From an uncultured Rikenellaceae bacterium (GTDB taxonomy: Bacteria; Bacteroidota; Bacteroidia; Bacteroidales; VadinHA17): a DNA stretch of 64,000 bases. The stretch is from NCBI GenBank assembly GCA_964637415.1, contig CAZWUB010000001.1, positions 566-64,565 on the forward strand, read 5' to 3'. This document shows positions 9,701 through 16,357 of this stretch, piece by piece. Made by a program: the position numbers and the translations under genes. Below the pieces are notes generated by a model, which saw only the letters and a program-made list of their open reading frames with translations, did no database searches and was not told where the DNA came from. Every line of letters begins with the position of its first letter. Positions within the stretch are counted from its first letter, which is position 1.

Positions 9701-10006
9701 TATTACAGGGATCTGGATCGCGATGGGAATAAATCTCTCATAGAAGGTTCAGTGAATCATTTCTTCAATCTGATGGATGAATACTTCATGTCAGTCAATC
9801 TTGAAGCAAATTTCGGGATCGACAATTCGGCCTGGCTGAAATTTAAGGAGATGCGGTCATTAAACATAACTGATTTCCTTGAACAGGGTCTGCAGGCATT
9901 TTATAAATCAGAATCAAAACATATCGAGGAAGCTTTATTCTTTTATCCCCTGATAGGTATTCTGAATAAGCTTGCTTTTGAACTGGCAAATACTCCTGAT
10001 AAATGA
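6725..10006 (+). CDS. 1093-aa protein with an uncharacterised N-terminal half and a C-terminal Hsp70/actin-fold (ASKHA) ATPase-like domain (operon gene 4)
   Basis: Phosphate-1 motif AIDFGTTNTH (8333-8362). Phosphate-2 motif SIDIGGGSSDIAV (8972-9010). Adenosine-like motif ILFSGTASKT (9407-9436), followed by EITCRGALKA. The spacings of about 213 and 145 aa are close to those in DnaK. The ATG lies 3 nt after the gene 3 stop. Confidence 0.6.
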   Translation: MSKVFRIHEGQDGTGWFISNPISKNQLRTVKTEGKDVATSIPSPFARIDLVKSAFRWVADNGIKGTTAQHKLVSDALDVAQLFFLYPKYKDKYRIISWKPADRFLSLAADSNSKHSKLSETLQVYWSQDAGVYNFDKVKRLYFILNNSNQIIGGTSPATLFFSAPDAKEAASGLNITCGHDVLFDNVYTGLSERDDKSFIEYLFLLSRQPHFPDLFPEVYSYMAEVFNCLDTELQSKIASLDPSELDSYSPCPVLDNEMNTCEVLGIKLGVRLGNPAEIQKESDFILKPGLPVKGFVPLVLPNDRFTHNWAYTSGNVLWDPNNKVPYRNEKFYGASKLPVQGDNYPWLTAGNFFEDKIIELPYTIDGKKFSTCGSTRHFLPLTPLFFEYFRSEDVSQYLQLTTLAGGGVEAKLVIPVKGGDVVLKKSWHREDIIPMEMHLSILPFIHAPAADLDYTIGIQDKRFSRERELSVECYESGKRIITGNPVIRKQGDGKTIKSICYKTKSFDAIRIGSDPVNGFIVPMMYRSQPNQQVSFAIDFGTTNTHIEYKYGVNAENTLDVSSDKPMWQSLIDRTRGETKEIADDNNYERELFPYEFSPFSKYKFPFRTALTYNQDISFIEPVDVFSHTNNFFLFEKILNPTYLQLQTKLKWSNYSMPEDKILVESFIEGLIYMVLYKTLLLNGDPRKTRITWFYPVSMDAFEQGIFFEVWQKAYKKIFRADGTNNVRAVPESTAPYLFYRTEYPGLSLSIDIGGGSSDIAVFKNASNSPEFISSVKFAGNAIFGDGFPYGAFANSSDNNGFVKVYRNRIENAINQSTQRWEILTDILNKRKDSADFSSFLFSLENEKDLIFSYTDYLKQDRKLKLPILLFYGAIIYYSANLLMKQGMKEVPQNILFSGTASKTIRIIDTKPGNPNITDLFRYFFKRINGIDKSQIRIALSENPKEITCRGALKADMNEDLVNCPIVFWIGGNDNSVWSKALDKNSDIAITPYYRDLDRDGNKSLIEGSVNHFFNLMDEYFMSVNLEANFGIDNSAWLKFKEMRSLNITDFLEQGLQAFYKSESKHIEEALFFYPLIGILNKLAFELANTPDK

Positions 10007-10779
10007 GAATACCAGTGTTTTTTGGCTTTAATGCCCTGATCCTTCTGACATGGATCTGGGGCTTATCGGGTTTCCTGATGGGTCTTCTTGTGGGTTGCCT
10101 TGCAGTTTTTCTGTATTCCCGGTATAGCATTTATAGTATACTTGATACTGAAAAGAAGAAATACCTGAAGGATCTGGAGAAAGATACAAGGAATAACCCT
10201 TTTCACAGAGAAGTATTTAAATATATAGGTATAGTGGAGATTTTAAAGAAAAGGAAAAATCTTAAACAGGACCAGCTTATTGCCAAGAATAATACAATAG
10301 CCGAATTAATGGTGCAGAATGAGGAATTATTCGATGATATTGAACAATTAAGGAAAAGACTGATCAACCTGAAGATGAACAAGGAGAATCAGGCTTCGGC
10401 CAGTGAAGGATCTTATGTCAGGTCTCATGAACCGGCAGTAAAAGCTGAAAATCCGGCGGATATCTTTTTTACTATTCCGGAAAGCGATGGTAGTTTCAGG
10501 ATAATTAATGCACAGCATACAAAAGGTGTTGACTGTTTTTATAAAATTATCCCTGACAGGAGTGAGCAGAAAGGCGTCCTTCAGTATTTATCGGGCGATT
10601 ATGATTTACGGGCCCTGGAAAATATTGATTATTATTTAAATCCTGTTTGTGAGATACAGAATATTTCAGGCAGGACATTCGCGAAAAGAATAGTAATGAC
10701 TGAATCCGGAAGTGTGATCAGGAGAAATGATACCTGGCAGATTGAAGAAAATGGAAAAGTAAAAGTAAAACTTGTTTGA
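10003..10779 (+). CDS. Membrane-anchored coiled-coil protein with a small C-terminal beta-rich domain (operon gene 5)
   Basis: N-terminal hydrophobic hairpin (VFFGFNALILLTWIWGLSGFLMGLLVGCLAVFLY), then a heptad-like stretch (IAELMVQNEELFDDIEQLRKRLINLKM). The start overlaps the gene 4 stop as ATGA. Confidence 0.55.
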   Translation: MRIPVFFGFNALILLTWIWGLSGFLMGLLVGCLAVFLYSRYSIYSILDTEKKKYLKDLEKDTRNNPFHREVFKYIGIVEILKKRKNLKQDQLIAKNNTIAELMVQNEELFDDIEQLRKRLINLKMNKENQASASEGSYVRSHEPAVKAENPADIFFTIPESDGSFRIINAQHTKGVDCFYKIIPDRSEQKGVLQYLSGDYDLRALENIDYYLNPVCEIQNISGRTFAKRIVMTESGSVIRRNDTWQIEENGKVKVKLV

Positions 10780-12440
10780 TAATGGTCCTTCTTCAGATAG
10801 TCACTGACACATTAAACACTTCTCAGACAGCTGTTCAGTCTGTTAATCCGTGGTTTGTGGCTGAAATTATCCTTATTATCAGCGTCATAATCTGGCAGCT
10901 CTTACTTTCAGGGAAAATCTATCTGAAAATAAAACAGTTGAAGGAAATATTCACATATCCTTTAAAGGTCAGAAGCGGATATATTAAAAAGAAATACCTT
11001 AACAGGAAAGATACTGCAGTAGATGATATTGTATTTATCAGCGATGAGGAAAGCGTAAAAGAGCAAAGCAGTCAGAACGATGATGATTCTGTCAAAATAG
11101 CAATAACTGAAGCCTATGGCTCAGAAACAATTCTGAGGATAAGAGATTATATAAATACCTATCTTCTTAATAATTACGGAGCTGCGGTCAATTTCAGCAT
11201 AATAAAAGATTTCATCGACCGTGAAGCGGACCTTAAAGATGAAGAAATTTCCAATTCATTGCCCACTCCCTTATATTTAGGTCTTGCTTCCACAATGATC
11301 GGTATTATCTGCGGGTTGTTTGCAATGCCTGCCCTGGGCGGAGGACAGTTTTCACAAGGCATAGATGCCCTGATAAATGGTGTCAAGCTGGCAATGCTGG
11401 GAAGCTTAACAGGTCTCTTATGTACCACAATCCTGACTTCATTTCTTTATAAGAAGGCAAGAAAGTCGTTGCTTGAAGATAAGAATAAACAGATATCCTA
11501 TCTGCAGGCCTGGTTGCTTCCCGAACTTATAAAAGCTGAAGATACAGGAGTGTCGGGACTAAAAGCAAGTCTCGACAGGTTTGCAAGGCTTGCCGGCGGT
11601 ATTTCTGACAATATCCTCAAAGCCTCAGATCAGACGGGCCATAATATCCTGTTGCAACAGGATGTGATCAGACAGGTGGGAGATCTGGATATCCTGAAAA
11701 TCTCAGAAGCAAACCTTGACCTGTTCAGGAGGCTTGAGGAGAATATGGCTTCATTCGGGAAATTCTCTGAATATATTTCACTGATGAGTCAGATCTCAGA
11801 CAACCTTAAGGAATTTGCAGGCCGGACCAGGAATATAGATCAGATAGTTAATCAGATAGACCTCTCGCTTAAAGATAATGCCCGTTTATTACAGTTCCTT
11901 ACATCCCATTTTGAAAAGATTGAACAGGCAGGACTGAATTCCCTGAAGGCTGTGGATATGGCCGACCTTAGTTTCGCTGATGCGATTGATAAGCTTGAAA
12001 AGGAAATAAGTAACAGGCAGAAGGTTCTGAATAATGCTGCTGCAGATGCTGACGGACATGCCAGAGAGGCAATCGGAACTTTACACGAAGAAGTGGATAA
12101 AAGGATTGCCTTGTTGAATAAAAGTGTGGATGATGCCTTTCCAAGGTTTAACCACCTTGATCAGCTTGAACGTCTTCAGGGTATACAGGAGGCCATTTCA
12201 TCAGGCAATGAAGGCATAAATACCCTGATAATGGCTGTTAATAATCTTAATAGTTCTCTTTCAAACAACAGTATTCTGCACAAGCTCGATTCGATTGAAG
12301 ATCATTTGAGTAAAAGAAGGACCAGACCGGAACAGTCTTCGGTTAAGCCGGAACCCGATGTAAAGAACCGGATAATAAGGATCTGGACCAGAGTCCAGAA
12401 ACAGGTAAAGCCTTACTTCAGGATAAGAAAGCGGAAATAA
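10776..12440 (+). CDS. MotA/TolQ/ExbB-family channel-like protein with a long helical cytoplasmic tail, ZorA-like architecture (operon gene 6)
   Basis: One N-terminal TM helix. The TM pair at 11262-11450 (PLYLGLASTMIGIICGLF ... GIDALINGVKLAMLGSLTGLLCTTILTSFLY) resembles the conserved MotA/ExbB helices. A charged helical tail of about 330 aa follows and ends in the basic stretch RIIRIWTRVQKQVKPYFRIRKRK. The start is either TTG at 10776 (overlap TTGA) or ATG at 10782. Confidence 0.6.
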   Translation: MIMVLLQIVTDTLNTSQTAVQSVNPWFVAEIILIISVIIWQLLLSGKIYLKIKQLKEIFTYPLKVRSGYIKKKYLNRKDTAVDDIVFISDEESVKEQSSQNDDDSVKIAITEAYGSETILRIRDYINTYLLNNYGAAVNFSIIKDFIDREADLKDEEISNSLPTPLYLGLASTMIGIICGLFAMPALGGGQFSQGIDALINGVKLAMLGSLTGLLCTTILTSFLYKKARKSLLEDKNKQISYLQAWLLPELIKAEDTGVSGLKASLDRFARLAGGISDNILKASDQTGHNILLQQDVIRQVGDLDILKISEANLDLFRRLEENMASFGKFSEYISLMSQISDNLKEFAGRTRNIDQIVNQIDLSLKDNARLLQFLTSHFEKIEQAGLNSLKAVDMADLSFADAIDKLEKEISNRQKVLNNAAADADGHAREAIGTLHEEVDKRIALLNKSVDDAFPRFNHLDQLERLQGIQEAISSGNEGINTLIMAVNNLNSSLSNNSILHKLDSIEDHLSKRRTRPEQSSVKPEPDVKNRIIRIWTRVQKQVKPYFRIRKRK

Positions 12441-12442
12441 TC

Positions 12443-13111
12443 ATGAAGAAGAATAATATTTTCTGGATTGGTTATTCTGATTTAATGACAAGCATGTTCT
12501 TCATAATGCTTGTTCTTTTTGTGGTGGCTATCGGATACCTGCTTGTAAAAAATGATGAGAACAGTGAGCTGATCGGTGAGCTGACTGTAAGGGAACAGGG
12601 TCTTATTCAGGAAACCGAAAGGCTCCAGAAGCTTCTGAATCTTGAAGAACAATTTGAGCCACTGATCAGCGACAGCAGCTTTTATTACCTTCCTGACTGT
12701 AAGAAATTCATTGTAAAAGACCTTATGGGGATAGAGATATTTGATCCCAACCAGGTGAAGATCAAGAGAGAGTATATTCAGCGTACGATAGCGGTGGGGA
12801 AGAAAATAGACCGCTTTCTTGCTGATTTAAGCCGCAGTAATAAGGGTTTTTCATATCTGCTTGTCATTGAAGGTAATATGGCCAATGATTATCGTCATTC
12901 AAAACCGCCCGACAGGCCGGATTTTTATATCAGAAGCTATTCAAGAGCTCTTGCTGTATATAACCTCTGGCTAAGTGAAGGAATCAATTTCAGGAAATAT
13001 GATGTTGAAGTGATGATCTGTGGCAGCGGTCTTAACGGTCTGTGCCGCGATCCTGTCGAAGAGAACAATAAACGGTTCTCAATTCAGATAATTCCTAAAG
13101 TTTCGAAATAA
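12443..13111 (+). CDS. MotB/ZorB-like protein with a single TM helix carrying the conserved Asp and a C-terminal OmpA-like domain (operon gene 7)
   Basis: N-terminus IFWIGYSDLMTSMFFIMLVLFVV matches the MotB W..YADxMT pattern, with Asp13 at 12479-12481. The C-terminus has an OmpA_C-like pattern (LLVIEGNMAND ... RSYSRALAVYNLWL ... ICGSGLNG ... NNKRFSIQI). It starts 2 nt after gene 6. Confidence 0.7.
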   Translation: MKKNNIFWIGYSDLMTSMFFIMLVLFVVAIGYLLVKNDENSELIGELTVREQGLIQETERLQKLLNLEEQFEPLISDSSFYYLPDCKKFIVKDLMGIEIFDPNQVKIKREYIQRTIAVGKKIDRFLADLSRSNKGFSYLLVIEGNMANDYRHSKPPDRPDFYIRSYSRALAVYNLWLSEGINFRKYDVEVMICGSGLNGLCRDPVEENNKRFSIQIIPKVSK

Positions 13112-13129
13112 CTTTCAATTACACAACTC

Positions 13130-14383
13130 TTATTTTGCTTTGATATTGTAAGCCATCAGAGCATTTGAGTGCCGGAGGTAGAGAATCCCGTTTTTGATCA
13201 CCGGGTGAGCCCAGTATGGTCCCGGAGAACCCTGAGTGACCTTAAAGGTACTGACCAGATCGAATTTCGCACTGCCGGGTTTCAGTAATCCGACATTCCC
13301 GGTCTTTTCTTCATAGATATACAGCATTCCGTCGGCATATATTATTGAGCCTTTATTGTGCCAGTGCTCTTCCCACATCTTTTTACCAGTGTTCCATTCG
13401 ATGCAGCACCAGTTACCGTTCCCGTTATTCAGCCAGTTGGCGCCATAAATATATCCGTTAACAAGTACAACACCTCCGTGATGAACATCGAGGACCTTAT
13501 CAGTCCAGACTGCCTTTGCACTTTTTCCATCTTTTGCTATTTCAATCATCATTCCGCCGGTATCATAGCCTCCTGTTACATAGACCCTGCCATTATTGAA
13601 TAAAGGAGTAACGCATTTTATCAGATCCCTTCCGCCGGCTCGTGCTTCATGTACGACCTTCCAGAGAATATCGCCGTTTGAAGCATCAACACCGAAGGCA
13701 TGTCCCAGGGAAACATTTATTATCATTTTCTTTCCTCCGTAATTCACAAGTATAGGAGAGACATAACCGGGTTTATCATTAAGGCTTGCTGATTTCCACA
13801 GGAGAGTGCCTTTTGTTTTATCGAGAGCTATTGTCATTGTTTCGGGCCCTCCGGGAGAATAGTACACTTTATTCCCGTCTAAAAGCAGTGATTCCGCTAT
13901 ACCCCAGCTGCCGTATGTTCCTTTGTGAAGTTCGCTTGCTTTATATGTCCAGACGATCTTCCCTGTGTTCCCGTCGATGCAGGCGAGGTCTCCGAAGCCG
14001 CTCGTACAGTAAACCCTGTTGCCTTCGACAGTGGGAGTAGCCCGGCTTTCAGGATTGGAGGCTTTCCAGGCCCTTCCGTAAACAGTCTGCCAGAGTATCT
14101 TGCCGTTCATATCAAGGGCATACAGGATATCGTCATTACCGCTGTTACCTGTTGTATAGATCTTATTATTTCCGAATGTTACCGATGAATGTCCTTTGGC
14201 AAGGTCGAGGTTCTCCCAGATCAGTTGCGGTCCGTTTGCCGGCCATGATTTCAACAGACCGGTCTCCGCTGAATTACCGGTTCGGTTCTCTTCACGCCAT
14301 TCGCTGATTTCCTGGGCTGAAAGGAAGCCTGAAAAAATTGATAGAAGGATTATAGTCAGTGTGGTGGTTCTGAATTTCATCAT
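13130..14383 (-). CDS. Secreted PQQ-like/BamB-like beta-propeller repeat protein
   Basis: 417-aa ORF with a signal peptide (LLSIFSGFLSAQE). Repeated G.ILW / G.IVW / GDILWK blades are typical of PQQ-like propellers. Confidence 0.7.
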   Translation of the reverse strand: MMKFRTTTLTIILLSIFSGFLSAQEISEWREENRTGNSAETGLLKSWPANGPQLIWENLDLAKGHSSVTFGNNKIYTTGNSGNDDILYALDMNGKILWQTVYGRAWKASNPESRATPTVEGNRVYCTSGFGDLACIDGNTGKIVWTYKASELHKGTYGSWGIAESLLLDGNKVYYSPGGPETMTIALDKTKGTLLWKSASLNDKPGYVSPILVNYGGKKMIINVSLGHAFGVDASNGDILWKVVHEARAGGRDLIKCVTPLFNNGRVYVTGGYDTGGMMIEIAKDGKSAKAVWTDKVLDVHHGGVVLVNGYIYGANWLNNGNGNWCCIEWNTGKKMWEEHWHNKGSIIYADGMLYIYEEKTGNVGLLKPGSAKFDLVSTFKVTQGSPGPYWAHPVIKNGILYLRHSNALMAYNIKAK

Positions 14384-14640
14384 CTGTTATTACTTATATT
14401 TTGTAATTTTTAAACACAATTATTTTATGTCAAATCCGGCGCAATATTATTCATTTCATGTTATCTTACAGCAGGATATGACAAAGATCAGCTATGATTT
14501 ATGTTTTATTAACATGTCAATTGCCGGAACGAAAGGGTAGGTTCCTGGTGATTGACAGAATGTGAAAACAGGGATAATAAAAAAGTTTCCAGGTACAAAA
14601 TAATTTTAAAAAATGATCCATAGCATTATAAGTACCTGGT

Positions 14641-15153
14641 TTATGTTTCTATAAAAAATTCATCAAGTGTATTATATGGGAGGATACTGCCTTTCGATTT
14701 TACTTTATAAATAAAAAAATCACATTCCTCTTTGCTGAGTAATCCCTGTCTGTAACCTTCTGCAAGGAAATCCATTGTTGTATAATATTTTATGTTGTAT
14801 TTTTTACAATATTCCAAAATATCATGAATATTACTGCTCCCGATAATGTCTTTATGATACCTGCAGTAGGCGAGACATGCACTTTCTCCTTTTCCGAATT
14901 GTTTTACAAGCCTGGCAAATTCCTTAATAACTTCATTGTCATCGTCAAAGGTAATTTCTTTGAAAAGTCTGAAATTAATCAGATTTTCATAGTATTGCCT
15001 GAGACTTTTTCTTTTTTCAAGCTCATCAAGTACTACATCCAGAATTACTTTCTCTTCTTTGAAGATTTTTGGGAGCAAAAATATTGAATCACCTTTGCAA
15101 AAGTGAATTATAACATCAGCATCAAGCAGTATTTTGCAGTCACTTTTCCTCAT
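14641..15153 (-). CDS. PIN-like (DUF4411-type?) putative nuclease; third gene of the XRE/ImmA module
   Basis: 170 aa. N-terminal ILLDADVIIHF, then LDELE, GESACLAYC and SSNIHD give an acidic-residue pattern like a PIN fold. It overlaps the ImmA gene by 14 nt. Low GC. Confidence 0.4.
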   Translation of the reverse strand: MRKSDCKILLDADVIIHFCKGDSIFLLPKIFKEEKVILDVVLDELEKRKSLRQYYENLINFRLFKEITFDDDNEVIKEFARLVKQFGKGESACLAYCRYHKDIIGSSNIHDILEYCKKYNIKYYTTMDFLAEGYRQGLLSKEECDFFIYKVKSKGSILPYNTLDEFFIET

Positions 15154-15847
15154 ATGAAAAAGCGTCCATTAATTCTGCAAAATGTGCTTCGGATATTTTA
15201 CCTTTTTCGTAAAGATTATTTGCCAGTATTCCGTAATCGCTGATCATGAATCCATAATTGGCAGGAAGATACAAGGATGTATCGAATCCAAGGCGTTTGG
15301 CAGTAGAAGTTACATCACTTATGCCGGACTCAATGAAATCAGTATTGATAAGACCAAAATCCCTTAATCTGAAAAGCATTGCCTGATGTGAAACCCTGAA
15401 TAACTGTTCTGCCTTAAGGATTGTTCCAAAGGATACTTTATTGATCCCAACCTCTTCAGGTGGGATTATTTCGAGTATTCCTGTCTCCGGCATTAGCAGA
15501 TTTGCAGAAAAAAGATCTGCATGATATTCAGCTGTGGCCTTTTTATTAAAAGCACCGGTATTGCAGATATGGGTTTCAAAATTATCCTGTATAAACAGAT
15601 GATATAGTTCATGACCAATTGTGAAGTTCTGTCTCCCGAGGGAGTGATTGCTGTTAATCAGTATAAATTTCTCACGGCCCGTTTTAATTGCCATGCCTGA
15701 AAAGAATTCTGATAATGGTCTGAAAAGCGTAAGAATATTTAGTTTAAGCAACAGACTATGAGTGTTTATAGGTTCAGATTGTGTTAGTCCCGCTTTATCT
15801 CTGAATCCTGCAACAGCTTTTTTGATGATTATTTCGCTTCTATTCAC
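15140..15847 (-). CDS. ImmA/IrrE-family (COG2856) zinc metallopeptidase
   Basis: 235 aa with the HExxH motif IGHELYHLF (15599-15613). It overlaps the XRE gene by 8 nt, which is the classic XRE plus ImmA arrangement. Confidence 0.75.
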   Translation of the reverse strand: MNRSEIIIKKAVAGFRDKAGLTQSEPINTHSLLLKLNILTLFRPLSEFFSGMAIKTGREKFILINSNHSLGRQNFTIGHELYHLFIQDNFETHICNTGAFNKKATAEYHADLFSANLLMPETGILEIIPPEEVGINKVSFGTILKAEQLFRVSHQAMLFRLRDFGLINTDFIESGISDVTSTAKRLGFDTSLYLPANYGFMISDYGILANNLYEKGKISEAHFAELMDAFSYEEK

Positions 15848-16166
15848 CCGACAGAGCTTTTAATTTAAGATAATTCCTTATTATTTGTTTGAATGCAGCC
15901 ACCTGGATAAGGTCTTCATCGGAAGAATTAATCGATCTGAAAGAGGTAAACAATCTCATCTCTTCGGGATTTTCTTCCAGAAGCTGTTCGATTTCAACAT
16001 TAAAAAGATTTGCGAACAGCTCAAGGAATTTTACCGGAACTGGTCTGGTTCCGTTTTCGTAGTAGCTTATAGATTCCCTAGAGATACCGGTAACCAGAGA
16101 AACCTGTTCTTGTGTCAATTCTTGTTTTTCCCTTAAAGATTTGATATTCTTGCCTATAACTAACAT
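15840..16166 (-). CDS. XRE-family helix-turn-helix transcriptional regulator
   Basis: 108 aa. IKSLREKQELTQEQVSLVTGISRESISYYENG is a canonical Cro/C1-type HTH. Confidence 0.85.
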   Translation of the reverse strand: MLVIGKNIKSLREKQELTQEQVSLVTGISRESISYYENGTRPVPVKFLELFANLFNVEIEQLLEENPEEMRLFTSFRSINSSDEDLIQVAAFKQIIRNYLKLKALSGE

Positions 16167-16180
16167 AAAAGATGTAATAT

Positions 16181-16233
16181 TAATGTTACAAATATAAGAA
16201 TATATTAAAAATAATCAATAATGTAACAAATAT
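16181..16233. promoter_or_regulatory. Two direct 15-nt repeats (TAATGTnACAAATAT) upstream of the XRE gene; candidate operators
   Basis: taatgttacaaatat at 16181-16195 and taatgtaacaaatat at 16219-16233 match at 14 of 15 positions. They lie 15-70 nt upstream of the XRE start at 16166. Confidence 0.4.
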
Positions 16234-16357
16234 TTTCAATATTTATGAAAGAAAATTTGGACCTGGGCAGTAGATTAATGCTACAATTATTATCAAGTGT
16301 TAAACTGGTAGTGTTTAAGTATATTTGCAATTATTTAATTTCTTAATTGTTTTATCA

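Noticed and set aside
10776-13111. Calling the operon a canonical Zorya type I or type II system
   Set aside because: Only the ZorA/ZorB-like architecture is present. No ZorC, ZorD or ZorE-like helicase or nuclease genes are seen, and the partner genes are different. I therefore describe it as Zorya-like at most.
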